Of a stretch of DNA of 64,000 nucleotides, positions 46,013-55,012 are shown one piece after another. The stretch lies in contig JABICL010000030.1 in the NCBI GenBank assembly GCA_018652265.1, positions 6,818 to 70,817 on the forward strand, in the 5' to 3' direction. Source of the DNA: Candidatus Peribacteria bacterium. Lineage in GTDB: Bacteria > Patescibacteriota > Gracilibacteria > Peribacterales > Peribacteraceae. Below the pieces are notes generated by a model. That model worked only from the letters and a program-made list of their open reading frames with translations, did no database searches and was not told where the DNA came from. The translations under genes and the position numbers were made by a program. How positions within the stretch are numbered: position 1 is the stretch's first letter; each line of letters begins with the position of its first letter.

Positions 46013-46430
46013 TTAGATTTACTGTTGCTCCAGCCTCTTCTAGCTTCTTCTTGGCTTCTTCTGCTTCTTCTTTTGGAACACCTTCTTTTATAACTGCAGG
46101 TGCACTATCTACTTTTCCTTTTGCTTCACCAAGGCCAAGTTGTGTGATTTCACGTACAACCTTAATAACTGCAATTTTCTGACCTCCTGCCTCTGCTAGC
46201 TCAATATCGTATGCACTTTTCTCCTCTTCTTCAGCTTCTCCACCTCCTGCTGGAGCAGCTCCTGCAACAGCAACTGCAGCTGGGGCAGCGCTTATGCCGT
46301 ATTCAGTTTCCATGTACTTTACGACATTATTAAGTGATACAACATTTAACTTTTCGAGAGCATCGATAAGTTTTTTTTCATCTGCGGAGAGGGTTACCTT
46401 CTCTTCTGTAGCGGTTGTGTCATCTGACAT
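46008..46430 (-). CDS. rplL: 50S ribosomal protein L7/L12
   Basis: Ala/Glu-rich hinge, C-terminal ..[19 protein letters not shown]..; start set to ATG 46430. Confidence 0.93.
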   Translation of the reverse strand: MSDDTTATEEKVTLSADEKKLIDALEKLNVVSLNNVVKYMETEYGISAAPAAVAVAGAAPAGGGEAEEEEKSAYDIELAEAGGQKIAVIKVVREITQLGLGEAKGKVDSAPAVIKEGVPKEEAEEAKKKLEEAGATVNLK

Positions 46431-46473
46431 AGTATTTGGGGGAATTAATAATGAATAATTAGTAATAAATAAT

Positions 46474-47004
46474 TTAAGATTCTTTATTTTTTGCAACTTC
46501 GTTTACTGCTCTAGCAAAAGCACCAAGTGGACTTCCACACATGCTTGCAAAGTTTCCAAGAGGAGCACGAAGCATGGCTGCAAACTTCGAAAGTAATTCT
46601 TCTTTGCTAAGCATCTTCGCAAACTCTACTGCATCCTCTTTTGAAAGAAGCTTGCCATCTACAACTCCGCCAACGATTTCTACTGCATCATTTTTCTTGC
46701 CAAATTCAAATGCAACTTTGGCTCCACTTATTTCATCTTCGAAACTAAAAACAAAAGCAATTGGCTCATTGCCAAAAGCCTCATCAGAAACTTCTGGATA
46801 ACCCTCCTCTTTAGCTGCAATATTAAATAATGTTTTCTTGGCTACTTTCATTCTCGCATTCTTCTCCAACATCTTTCCTCTTAGATCATCAATATCAGAA
46901 ACACTAAGCCCACGATATTTCATGAAAGCGAGTGACTTTGTCTTCTTGATTGCATCTCTTATGTCTGCAACCTGTGCCTTTTTCTGATCTTTTGTAAGTG
47001 CCAT
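46474..47004 (-). CDS. rplJ: 50S ribosomal protein L10
   Basis: 176 aa, L10-like throughout; upstream of rplL. Confidence 0.92.
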   Translation of the reverse strand: MALTKDQKKAQVADIRDAIKKTKSLAFMKYRGLSVSDIDDLRGKMLEKNARMKVAKKTLFNIAAKEEGYPEVSDEAFGNEPIAFVFSFEDEISGAKVAFEFGKKNDAVEIVGGVVDGKLLSKEDAVEFAKMLSKEELLSKFAAMLRAPLGNFASMCGSPLGAFARAVNEVAKNKES

Positions 47005-47011
47005 ATTTACG

Positions 47012-47046
47012 AGTGGGTAGTGGTTAGTGGGTAGTGGTTAGTCACC
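47012..47046. repeat. Heptad block AGTGGNT x4 (+1), 8 nt upstream of the rplJ ATG
   Basis: agtgggt agtggtt agtgggt agtggtt agtcacc. Confidence 0.85.
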
Positions 47047-47097
47047 TCGCAACCGCAACAAATATCTTGATGATTCCAAATCCAGTGAAATTTTCTA

Positions 47098-47276
47098 ATA
47101 AAAAAACTGGTCTTCGGGACGTCCGGGAGACCAGCGAGGCACACGGCACGAATCAGTAAGCCAGAGCCGACTAGTCGATGCTGTATACCTCGGGAAGACT
47201 TACTTTCAGCCCTGCGGGCCTATCGCTTCCGGTCTTCGGACTGCGAGTATTCTACTTATATACACATCACTGTCAA
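47098..47276 (-). promoter_or_regulatory. Promoter, GC-rich structured leader and intrinsic terminator upstream of rplJL (L10-leader-like attenuator)
   Basis: TTGACA (47271-47276) -16 nt- TAGAAT (47249-47254); about 110 nt GC-rich leader; CTGGTCT..AGACCAG hairpin (47107-47133) + TTTTTTT. Confidence 0.6.
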
Positions 47277-47306
47277 GATATTTGTACAGAAACCCCAAAT
47301 AATTGC

Positions 47307-48032
47307 TCAAGAAGCCAAAATAGCGCCCACAAAGAATGCAAGCGCTGCACTTACAGCCCCAAGCACCAAAAGCTCCATTGCCCCAGAAAACTTCCTTCTT
47401 TTGGCAATTGACGATCTTACAATCCCCAGAGCAATCAAAGCCACTCCTGTAGACAAAATTGCGGTTTGAAATTTCAAATCAGATGAAACGCCAAAAATAT
47501 ACGGCACCAAAGGAATTGCACCGAAAATTACAAAAGATACAAAGGTAGCTGTGCCATGCAGCACAGGAAACTCAGTAATATCAGGCGTAAGACCGTGCTC
47601 CTCTCTCATCATAGTATCTATCCAGACATCTTCATCTGAAGTAATTTTATTTACCACCATCTCCAAATCCCCTCCTTCGAATCCTTTCTTTGCAAACATT
47701 TCCATAACCTCCTCTCTTTCTATCTCTGGAATTTCACGAATCTCTTTTCTCTCCTCCTCGTACAGTCGGTGGTAATTATCTCTTTCTGATTTTATAGAAA
47801 GATAATTTCCAATTCCCATAGAGAGTCCATCTGCAAACAAATTCGCAACTCCAAGAATTATGACTATATAGTGAGCAAGATCTGCTCCAGCAGCTCCTGC
47901 TACCACTGCAAAAGTAGTAACTATTCCATCTACACCTCCATAAACAATATCCTGCAAAAACTCCCCTAGTCTACTGCCATGGTAGTCAGCCTCCTTGTGT
48001 GCAAGTAACTTGGCGCTTGGCGAAAACCTCAT
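47307..48032 (-). CDS. VIT1/CCC1-family iron/manganese transporter
   Basis: 241 aa; [12 protein letters not shown] motif, cytosolic Glu-rich helix bundle, 5 TM; TACAAT 8 nt upstream of ATG. Confidence 0.8.
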   Translation of the reverse strand: MRFSPSAKLLAHKEADYHGSRLGEFLQDIVYGGVDGIVTTFAVVAGAAGADLAHYIVIILGVANLFADGLSMGIGNYLSIKSERDNYHRLYEEERKEIREIPEIEREEVMEMFAKKGFEGGDLEMVVNKITSDEDVWIDTMMREEHGLTPDITEFPVLHGTATFVSFVIFGAIPLVPYIFGVSSDLKFQTAILSTGVALIALGIVRSSIAKRRKFSGAMELLVLGAVSAALAFFVGAILAS

Positions 48033-48050
48033 GAATCTGAATTGTACACC

Positions 48051-48194
48051 TTGACACTAATTTTTGAAAAAGTAGTATGAGGTCAATGTTCGCAAGAACA
48101 CTCGCAGTTGGCCTCGTCGTCGCAGTCGTCCATTAGGACCGCACGAGTTTGCTAACTGAATATTCCAACCTCGTGCAAAACGAGGTTTTTTGTT
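48051..48194 (+). promoter_or_regulatory. Promoter, leaderless mini-ORF and terminator/antiterminator upstream of 48213..48467 and pcrA
   Basis: TTGACA (48051-48056) -16 nt- TAGTAT (48073-48078); GCACGAG (48141-48147) complementary to CTCGTGC (48170-48176), the 5-prime arm of terminator AACCTCG-tgcaaaa-CGAGGTT-TTTTTG (48167-48194). Confidence 0.65.
48086..48136 (+). CDS. Leaderless mini-ORF MFARTLAVGLVVAVVH (candidate leader peptide or small hydrophobic peptide)
   Basis: ATG 7 nt after the -10 box, the same spacing as 20+ genes here; stop codon 5 nt before the antiterminator strand. Confidence 0.5.
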   Translation: MFARTLAVGLVVAVVH

Positions 48195-48212
48195 TATTAC
48201 CAATTCATAATC

Positions 48213-48467
48213 ATGGGAATAGATCACATAAAAACGGAAGATGATCTCTCAAAGAGTCAACGAGATCTAATACTAGGATTGACTAATCCTTGCAATGGGA
48301 CAGTCTCGCCCGAAATTTTCTCTAACATAATGATTCGCATGCAAGCAGCTAGCGAAAAGGCTGGCAATGTCCTAGCTCTATGTGACTTAAAACATGTTGT
48401 AAAGAAGGTCACAGGAAAATCAGTATCACATAAACGAACAGATGGTACTATGAGTGCCGGTGAATAA
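48213..48467 (+). CDS. Hypothetical protein (84 aa)
   Basis: ORF overlapping the pcrA start by 14 nt. Confidence 0.5.
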   Translation: MGIDHIKTEDDLSKSQRDLILGLTNPCNGTVSPEIFSNIMIRMQAASEKAGNVLALCDLKHVVKKVTGKSVSHKRTDGTMSAGE

Positions 48468-50718
48468 AGATAGCAATTTAATTTTTGAAGGCCTAAACGA
48501 ATCGCAAACAAAAGCCGTAAACACTTTAAAGGGTCCTCTGCTGATCCTTGCAGGAGCTGGTAGCGGAAAGACTCGTACTCTCACGCATAGGATCGCAAAT
48601 CTGATTCATAACGGAGTAGAACCATGGAGAATACTTGCTGTCACTTTTACAAACAAAGCAGCGAATGAAATGAAAGACAGGATCAGCGCTCTTCTAAAGC
48701 TTACAAATGCAAACAGCGACAACATGCCTGCCACCGGCACATTTCACTCTATATGTGTTCGCATACTTAGAAGGGATATAGAAAAAATTGGAAGAGATAG
48801 AAACTTCGTGATCTACGATACTTCAGATCAAGAAACTCTTATGAAAGGAATACTGAAAGATATGAATATCGACTCAAAAGAACTAAAGCCAAAAGCAGCA
48901 CTTGGACAAGTTGGAAAATTTAAGAGTGAAGCAATGAATACAAAAGAAGTAGCAGAGCAAGCCACATCAGATTGGATGGCTAGGATGGTAAAAATTTATT
49001 CCACTTATCAAAATAAACTTAAAGAAAACAATGCATTGGACTTCGATGATCTTATTCTGGAATGTATAAGACTATTTCGCGAAGCTCCAGATGTATTAGA
49101 TAGATATCAAAACACATGGAAATATCTAAATGTAGATGAGTACCAAGATACAAATCATGCTCAATATATATTTATATCCATGCTTGCAGGTAAATATAGG
49201 AATCTGTGTGTAATAGGTGATCCAGATCAATCTATATACGCATTCCGTGGAGCAGACATAAGAAACATTTTGGAATTCAACGAAGAATACCCAGATGCAG
49301 TCTCCATAAAGCTGGAACGCAATTACAGATCAACTCAACAAATACTAGATTCATCCGATGCAGTAATTGCAGCAAATCCAGGAAGACCACAAAAGAAAAT
49401 GTGGACGCATAGAGCAGATGGAAACTTATTATCTATTCACGAAGTGAGAGACGAAAAAGATGAAGCAGAAGAAACTGTGAATAATGTTATGAGCAAACTC
49501 GCAAATGGCACATCACTAAACGAACAAGTGGTGCTATACAGAACAAATGCACAATCCAGACATTTCGAAGAAGCTTGTATGCGAAATGCACTTCCCTACC
49601 GGATAGTAGGAGGAGTGAAGTTCTACGCTAGAAGAGAAGTAAAAGATCTTCTCGCATATTTATATGCAATGCATAACCCCCAAGACGCTTTATCTCTACT
49701 TCGAGTAATAAATGTTCCTGCTAGGAAAATTGGTAAGACAACTATAGAAAAAATAAATGCATTTTGTCAGGAGCATGAGATGTCATTTTGGTCTGCCCTA
49801 AAAAATATTAATTCCATAGATCATATAAATGAATCAACTAAAAATCGAATCTCTGAATTTGCTGCACTCATAGAAAAATATAAAGAAAGAAGATTACAAA
49901 TTTCTGTATCTCAGCTTTCCACAGAATTATTAGAAGAAATACAAATGGAAAAATGGTTAAGGGATGACACAACAGAAGGAGAAACTAGATGGGAAAATAT
50001 AGGAGAACTTATAAACGTAATGCATAAGTACGATGGCCTTGAGTCTGAACAATCCTTTGTGAGTTTTCTAGAAGAAGTAGCACTAGTATCTGAAGTAGAC
50101 AAAATGAATGACGCACGTGATGATGCTCTTACTTTGATGACTCTTCATCTGTGCAAAGGTCTGGAATTTGGCCATGTAGTAATTGCAGGATGCGAAGAAG
50201 GAATCTTCCCTCATTCAAATTGCATGTTCGACAAAGAACAATTAGAAGAAGAGCGTCGTATTATGTATGTAGGAATGACCAGAGCAAAAGATCAACTTAC
50301 TCTAATGCACGCAAATAGCAGAACTGTATGGGGTGATATGCAAGCAAACTCTGCATCTCGCTTCTTAGACGACATTCCGGAAAAGCTTGTAGAGAGAAAG
50401 GGAGATATATTTAGTAGAATGCAACTCTCCTCGAGCGGGCTCTCCTCGACCGAGCGTCGCAACGCGAGTGGAGAGGCATCGCGAACGTCGAGAGGTTTAT
50501 CGGATCTAGATTTCAACCAAGACATAAACTCTTCAGAAGAAGACTTCAATCAGGATCCTTCTCATGATTTTGAATCCGGTGCTCGCATACATCATCCTAT
50601 ATTTGGCGATGGAACTATTATGTCTTTGAGTGGTGACATAGCAGAGATACGATTCGATTCCGGAAATGTAAAAAAGATTGCCTTAAACGTTGTGAAGGTT
50701 GAGGTGATTCAGAAATAG
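48454..50718 (+). CDS. pcrA: ATP-dependent DNA helicase PcrA/UvrD
   Basis: GAGSGKTRT Walker A, DEYQDT, full SF1 motif set, C-terminal HHPIFGDGTI.. tail domain; repeat C copy 2 in-frame near the C-terminus. Confidence 0.92.
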   Translation: MPVNKDSNLIFEGLNESQTKAVNTLKGPLLILAGAGSGKTRTLTHRIANLIHNGVEPWRILAVTFTNKAANEMKDRISALLKLTNANSDNMPATGTFHSICVRILRRDIEKIGRDRNFVIYDTSDQETLMKGILKDMNIDSKELKPKAALGQVGKFKSEAMNTKEVAEQATSDWMARMVKIYSTYQNKLKENNALDFDDLILECIRLFREAPDVLDRYQNTWKYLNVDEYQDTNHAQYIFISMLAGKYRNLCVIGDPDQSIYAFRGADIRNILEFNEEYPDAVSIKLERNYRSTQQILDSSDAVIAANPGRPQKKMWTHRADGNLLSIHEVRDEKDEAEETVNNVMSKLANGTSLNEQVVLYRTNAQSRHFEEACMRNALPYRIVGGVKFYARREVKDLLAYLYAMHNPQDALSLLRVINVPARKIGKTTIEKINAFCQEHEMSFWSALKNINSIDHINESTKNRISEFAALIEKYKERRLQISVSQLSTELLEEIQMEKWLRDDTTEGETRWENIGELINVMHKYDGLESEQSFVSFLEEVALVSEVDKMNDARDDALTLMTLHLCKGLEFGHVVIAGCEEGIFPHSNCMFDKEQLEEERRIMYVGMTRAKDQLTLMHANSRTVWGDMQANSASRFLDDIPEKLVERKGDIFSRMQLSSSGLSSTERRNASGEASRTSRGLSDLDFNQDINSSEEDFNQDPSHDFESGARIHHPIFGDGTIMSLSGDIAEIRFDSGNVKKIALNVVKVEVIQK
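50424..50495 (+). repeat. Repeat family C, copy 2 (partial, in-frame in pcrA)
   Basis: ctctcctcgagcgggctctcctcgaccgagcgtcgcaacgcgagtggagagg..cgtcgagagg; encodes LSSSGLSSTERRNASGEASRTSRG. Confidence 0.85.
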
Positions 50719-50947
50719 GGTCAGGAATTTCTACGTATTCACTCAGAACAATTCCATAACGACTTCTAAGTACTTCAAGCTCTCTCATCATCAATGCATG
50801 TTCTTCCCTTGTCATAAAATCTAGATCAGTTGAATCAACAGATCCGCCTCTTACAATTTCTAATGCTTGTGCAAGGTTATATACCTTAGATAAAGCACTA
50901 GGTTGAATTTCATAGGAGATCGATAACTGATCTATTCTTGCGTCCAT
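50618..50947 (-). CDS. Hypothetical protein (109 aa); 3-prime 100 nt antisense to the pcrA end
   Basis: ORF only; shares an MTREE-containing segment with 50974..51426. Confidence 0.4.
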   Translation of the reverse strand: MDARIDQLSISYEIQPSALSKVYNLAQALEIVRGGSVDSTDLDFMTREEHALMMRELEVLRSRYGIVLSEYVEIPDPISESPQPSQRLRQSFLHFRNRIVSLLCHHSKT

Positions 50948-50973
50948 AATATTTTAAAATCACAAACTAAAAA

Positions 50974-51426
50974 TCATTTAGAGGAACGAATCTCCGCTAA
51001 TCTCTCTTTTGTAAGACATCGACTCAATTGTTCATCAACCTCTTCTCTAGTCATATTTCCTGCATCCACTATGAATTGATCTACAGAGCCTGAATCAATA
51101 TCTCTTGATGGGAATTGTCTCTGCAAACCTTTCATAGCACTTTTCCACGCTAACGTTGCACCATTATTGGCAACGCCAGCATCCTCTTCCTCTGCCACAT
51201 CAAGACGAAGCCTGATCAATTCGAGTCTGGCCTCTTCAGAAGTCTGAGTTATTCTTTCTCCAGTATCCAGTCCGGCAATCCTTATATAAGATTTCAGATG
51301 CGAATCACTCGTGCGTTTTGCGCGCTCATGTATATCACTTAGCGCATCTAATAAATATATAGAATCGTCCCCATTACAATCATTGTTTCCCATAATAACT
51401 TTTAGTAAAAAATAAAATGTTGTCAC
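50974..51426 (-). CDS. Hypothetical protein (150 aa)
   Basis: ORF; GTG start with GGAGGT 9 nt upstream (one of the few SD-like sites) or ATG at codon 12. Confidence 0.5.
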   Translation of the reverse strand: MTTFYFLLKVIMGNNDCNGDDSIYLLDALSDIHERAKRTSDSHLKSYIRIAGLDTGERITQTSEEARLELIRLRLDVAEEEDAGVANNGATLAWKSAMKGLQRQFPSRDIDSGSVDQFIVDAGNMTREEVDEQLSRCLTKERLAEIRSSK

Positions 51427-51723
51427 ACAAAAATACCTCCGACCTTTACAGGGGAGGTGCTTGTGAGACTAGTTCTTGTTTAGGTTACACACATCGGCAC
51501 TCTCCCTCTGTAAAGAAGGAAAAGAAGAAGCCAAAAAAGAAAGTGTTCCTTTGCAAGATGCGATCAATTTAACACCATGAGAGAAAATGTCAACTTTATG
51601 AAAGATATTTTTACAAATCCTGATAGTATCAGACTACAGCTCTGTTGTACTTATGTGATGACCCCGCCTCCAGAAATGGAGTACATCACGGACAGTGCAG
51701 CAGAGCTATTTTTTCAGTAACTT

Positions 51724-51819
51724 ATGTCATGCTTAGCCGTACTGAGCGAACTGAACTTGAAGCAGAGCGACGAAGTCACGATGCTTAAGTTCAGTGAGAC
51801 GAAGTACGTGTCGAAGCAC
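51724..51819 (+). repeat. Repeat family A, copy 5
   Basis: 96 bp; supplies the last 9 codons and stop of idi (..STRTSSH). Confidence 0.9.
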
Positions 51820-52315
51820 TATTAATTCCCTCCACAAACCACGGAGCATATTCCTGTGAGTTATTTTCCATATCTGTGAGCAACTCCTCTACTTTTACCC
51901 ACTTCCACTCAGATACCTCTGCAGGATCTGCGGAAATTTCAACCTCATCAACTTCTCCTACCAGAATACTCAAATACTCATGTTCAGCACCTTTTCCACT
52001 TGAATCCTCTGCAAAATAAACAAAATTCCCAGCTAACTTCAGATTAGAACAAGTAAATCCCATCTCTTCATTTAACCTTCTTTTTGCAGTCACAATCACA
52101 TCCTCACTCTCTACTTCATGACTACAGCACGTATTAGCCCAAAATCCACCCCATAGCATTTTCTCATCGGATCTCCTCTGCACCAGAAGCTCTGTGCCCG
52201 AATTTCTAAATATATACACAGAGAATGCCTTATGCAGCAATCCTTCTTTATGAGCTTTCACTTTTTCACAAACTTCTATGTTCTCTCCCTGTTCATTACA
52301 AATAATCACATTCAT
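51791..52315 (-). CDS. idi: Isopentenyl-diphosphate delta-isomerase, type 1 (Nudix fold)
   Basis: LHKAFSVYIF, WANTCCSH, Nudix-like EE region; start set to ATG 52315 (TATATT 7 nt upstream). Confidence 0.85.
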   Translation of the reverse strand: MNVIICNEQGENIEVCEKVKAHKEGLLHKAFSVYIFRNSGTELLVQRRSDEKMLWGGFWANTCCSHEVESEDVIVTAKRRLNEEMGFTCSNLKLAGNFVYFAEDSSGKGAEHEYLSILVGEVDEVEISADPAEVSEWKWVKVEELLTDMENNSQEYAPWFVEGINSASTRTSSH

Positions 52316-52375
52316 TGTTGACAATATACATGAAGCAGGAAGATACTTTTCGCCTTAATTTAACCTATTCATAAC

Positions 52376-52921
52376 ATGACAAGAAGAAGATCATATGTTC
52401 ACGCTACAGGATGCAGAAACTTGCGTGGTAGTGGTGAAGAATCGGAAAGAGGCGTTGTTAATTCAGGTGCACATAGTCGCGCAAGTGCACATGAAAGACT
52501 GGGTCAGAGGGATATAGAGCTTATAGTCAACATTGGGGATGCAATAATCAGAATTGCTAAAAATAGGATAATACTTGAAGCAAAAACAAAAATGAAGAAA
52601 GTGATGGAGCACAGCACCCATCCAAAAGAAGACGACGCAGCTATAGCAAGAAAAAAATTGCTTGAACCACTGGGTACTACATCGTCTAAAACAGAAAATC
52701 CTGAAGTAGACTTAGATAGCATCAAAATTCCATCAGATAATAAGCTTCTTTCGGAAGCAGTTAGTCACACGAGATTACTGGTAGTCAGAAATTTTCAAGA
52801 AAGTGCCGAAAGATTAAGTAAACTCGGACTTGTAACAGTGGGTGGAACAGTGTCATTAACTGATAAAGGCAAAACTGTTTACAGGGCAGAAAAACATAGA
52901 ACACAAAAAAATAGAAATTAA
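52376..52921 (+). CDS. Hypothetical protein (181 aa)
   Basis: ORF only. Confidence 0.4.
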   Translation: MTRRRSYVHATGCRNLRGSGEESERGVVNSGAHSRASAHERLGQRDIELIVNIGDAIIRIAKNRIILEAKTKMKKVMEHSTHPKEDDAAIARKKLLEPLGTTSSKTENPEVDLDSIKIPSDNKLLSEAVSHTRLLVVRNFQESAERLSKLGLVTVGGTVSLTDKGKTVYRAEKHRTQKNRN

Positions 52922-53075
52922 TAACTTCCTGTAATACGGCTTCGCAATATAAATACCATTTATTTTTTCGTAGAAATACTAATAACAAAGTGTCGATATC
53001 ACTTCGCCGCCATTAGGACTGCAATACTCACAACTAAAATAGTTTTTTAATCGGAAAATCATATAAAATACCCAC

Positions 53076-53954
53076 ATGTCACGAGTACCCGAATTTTGTA
53101 GCAAAAATGGAATCCAACTAAACAAAGGCTTAGGACAGAATTTTTTGGTAGATGAAGCTGTACTACAAAAGATATTAGAGACTGCAAATATAAAAGATAG
53201 TGACTTCGTACTCGAGATAGGTGCTGGAATTGGAGTTTTGACTTCTGAACTTGTAAAAAGAGCAGGAAGGATTATGGCTGTAGAGATAGATGGGAAGCTG
53301 GTTCCTTTGATAAATAAATATGTAAACACTCACGAGCTCTCCTCGAGTGAGTCCGCCAGCGGGCGGGCGAATCGAGAGGCCGCCTCTCCACTCGTCCTTC
53401 GACAAGCTCAGGAATCGGTCGAGGAAAGCAATAAGCTGAATATTATTAATGCAAATGCATTGGAAGTTGATTTTCCAAACGAGCCTTACAAAATAGTCGC
53501 AAACATTCCATATCACATAACATCCCCTCTACTTCGTCATGCATTTTTGGAATCAGAGGTTTATCCAAAATCTATGACACTACTAATACAACACGAAGTA
53601 GCAGAAAAAATTTGTGATGAGAAAAGCAAAGGCATGCTTACGATCTTAGTCGGACTATTTGGTAAACCTACACTTATACAAAAAGTCCCACCAGAAGCAT
53701 TCCTTCCTCCACCAAAAGTAAATTCAGCAATTCTTCACATCGATTGCTTCGATTCCCCTATCGCAACTAAGGAACAAATAGAAAAAATCTTCCAGCTCAC
53801 AAAAGTAGCATTTGGGAAAAAGAGAAAAATGCTTAGAAACTCCATAGGAGAAATAGATGGAGGTATGGAAATACTAGAGAAAGCTGGAATTGAAGCGACA
53901 AGGAGACCACAAGAGCTTTCTATTGAGGAGTGGATTAAATTGGCTAACCAATAA
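53076..53954 (+). CDS. rsmA: 16S rRNA (adenine1518/1519-N6)-dimethyltransferase
   Basis: GQNFL, EIGAGIGVLT, NIPYHITSP motifs; TAAAAT 6 nt upstream of ATG; repeat C copy 3 in-frame. Confidence 0.92.
   Translation: MSRVPEFCSKNGIQLNKGLGQNFLVDEAVLQKILETANIKDSDFVLEIGAGIGVLTSELVKRAGRIMAVEIDGKLVPLINKYVNTHELSSSESASGRANREAASPLVLRQAQESVEESNKLNIINANALEVDFPNEPYKIVANIPYHITSPLLRHAFLESEVYPKSMTLLIQHEVAEKICDEKSKGMLTILVGLFGKPTLIQKVPPEAFLPPPKVNSAILHIDCFDSPIATKEQIEKIFQLTKVAFGKKRKMLRNSIGEIDGGMEILEKAGIEATRRPQELSIEEWIKLANQ
53329..53429 (+). repeat. Repeat family C, copy 3 (in-frame in rsmA)
   Basis: gagctctcctcgagtgag..ctctccactcgtccttcgacaagctcaggaatcggtcgaggaaag; encodes ELSSSESASGRANREAASPLVLRQAQESVEES. Confidence 0.88.
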
Positions 53955-53978
53955 GAAACAAGATCCAAGCCGAAGGTA

Positions 53979-54091
53979 GCAAGCGTGCAGGCGGTATTTT
54001 GCGTAAGAAATCGATCCGAAACCTCTGATAAGTAATAAACGGTGATGGGTTACGTCGATTTCGTCGCATATACCGCCTTAAGCACGCGAGC
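53979..54091 (+). repeat. About 113-nt imperfect long hairpin between rsmA and the GT2 genes
   Basis: GCGTGCAGGCGGTAT/ATACCGCCTtaAGCACGC, TGCG/CGCA, GAAATCGA/TCGATTTC arms around a 24-nt loop. Confidence 0.7.
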
Positions 54092-54094
54092 GGG

Positions 54095-55012
54095 GTGCAA
54101 AAATACTGTATCCTTGCCTCTGTGTTTCTAACAGCCAGCCTCCTCACACATAACTCAGAGAAATGGGCACGCAAGTGCTTAGAGACACTTGTATCACAGG
54201 AGAGCCTAGGAGAATTCCAAATCGTATGTCTGGACAATGCATCAAGTGACAAAACATACATAAACGAACTAGAAAAAGATTTTTCAGAAGTTATATTTAT
54301 AAAAGAAGATGAAAACTTAGGATTTTCTAAGGGTCACAATAAAATTATAAGAGAATATCCAGCAACTTATCACGCAGTATTAAATGTAGATGCAATATTC
54401 GAATCAGATTTCTTATATAAACTTACGAAAGCCTTAGAAGATAATCCAAACTTCGGATCTGCTACAGGAAAACTTTTTAGATGGGACTTCGGCTGCAATC
54501 CAGAAAAAACAGAAATTATAGATAGCGCAGGGATTGCTATGACTAGCTCCCATAAGTTTTATGATAGAGGGCAAGGAAGAGAAGAATCAGAACCTATAAG
54601 TGATGAATACGATTATTACGATATATGCTTTGGAGGAACAGGAGCAGCAGTTATATATAGACGTGACGCAATTGAAGAATGCGGGCTATTTGATGAAAAA
54701 ATGTTCATGTACAAAGAAGACATCGACCTTGCTTACAAACTCATGAAGAACGAAAGATTTTGTATATTTGTACCAGATGCAATCGGATGGCATGCAAGAT
54801 CTACAAACATCTCTAGAAAGAAAAGATCTAAACAAGAAAGAATATATTCAGCAGCGCACGAATCATTGATTTTAAAAAAGCATAAAAAAGATTGTACACT
54901 AAAAACAAGGCTTCTAACTTTCGCACGGCAAATTATCAAATGGACATATTTACTAATTATCGAACCACAAGTATTTTTCGGAGCACGTAAACTACTAAAA
55001 GAATTATCTTGA
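54095..55012 (+). CDS. Glycosyltransferase family 2
   Basis: THNSEKW..CLDNASSD.., GGTGAAVIYRR, ED.DL motifs; non-ATG start. Confidence 0.8.
   Translation: MQKYCILASVFLTASLLTHNSEKWARKCLETLVSQESLGEFQIVCLDNASSDKTYINELEKDFSEVIFIKEDENLGFSKGHNKIIREYPATYHAVLNVDAIFESDFLYKLTKALEDNPNFGSATGKLFRWDFGCNPEKTEIIDSAGIAMTSSHKFYDRGQGREESEPISDEYDYYDICFGGTGAAVIYRRDAIEECGLFDEKMFMYKEDIDLAYKLMKNERFCIFVPDAIGWHARSTNISRKKRSKQERIYSAAHESLILKKHKKDCTLKTRLLTFARQIIKWTYLLIIEPQVFFGARKLLKELS

Noticed and set aside
52985-53050. Shared 13-mer CCATTAGGAC(Y)GCA between this spacer and the 48120-48145 leader, as a possible second copy of the Val-leader element
   Set aside because: Similarity fades outside the 13-mer. There is no comparable mini-ORF, promoter spacing or terminator at 53000.
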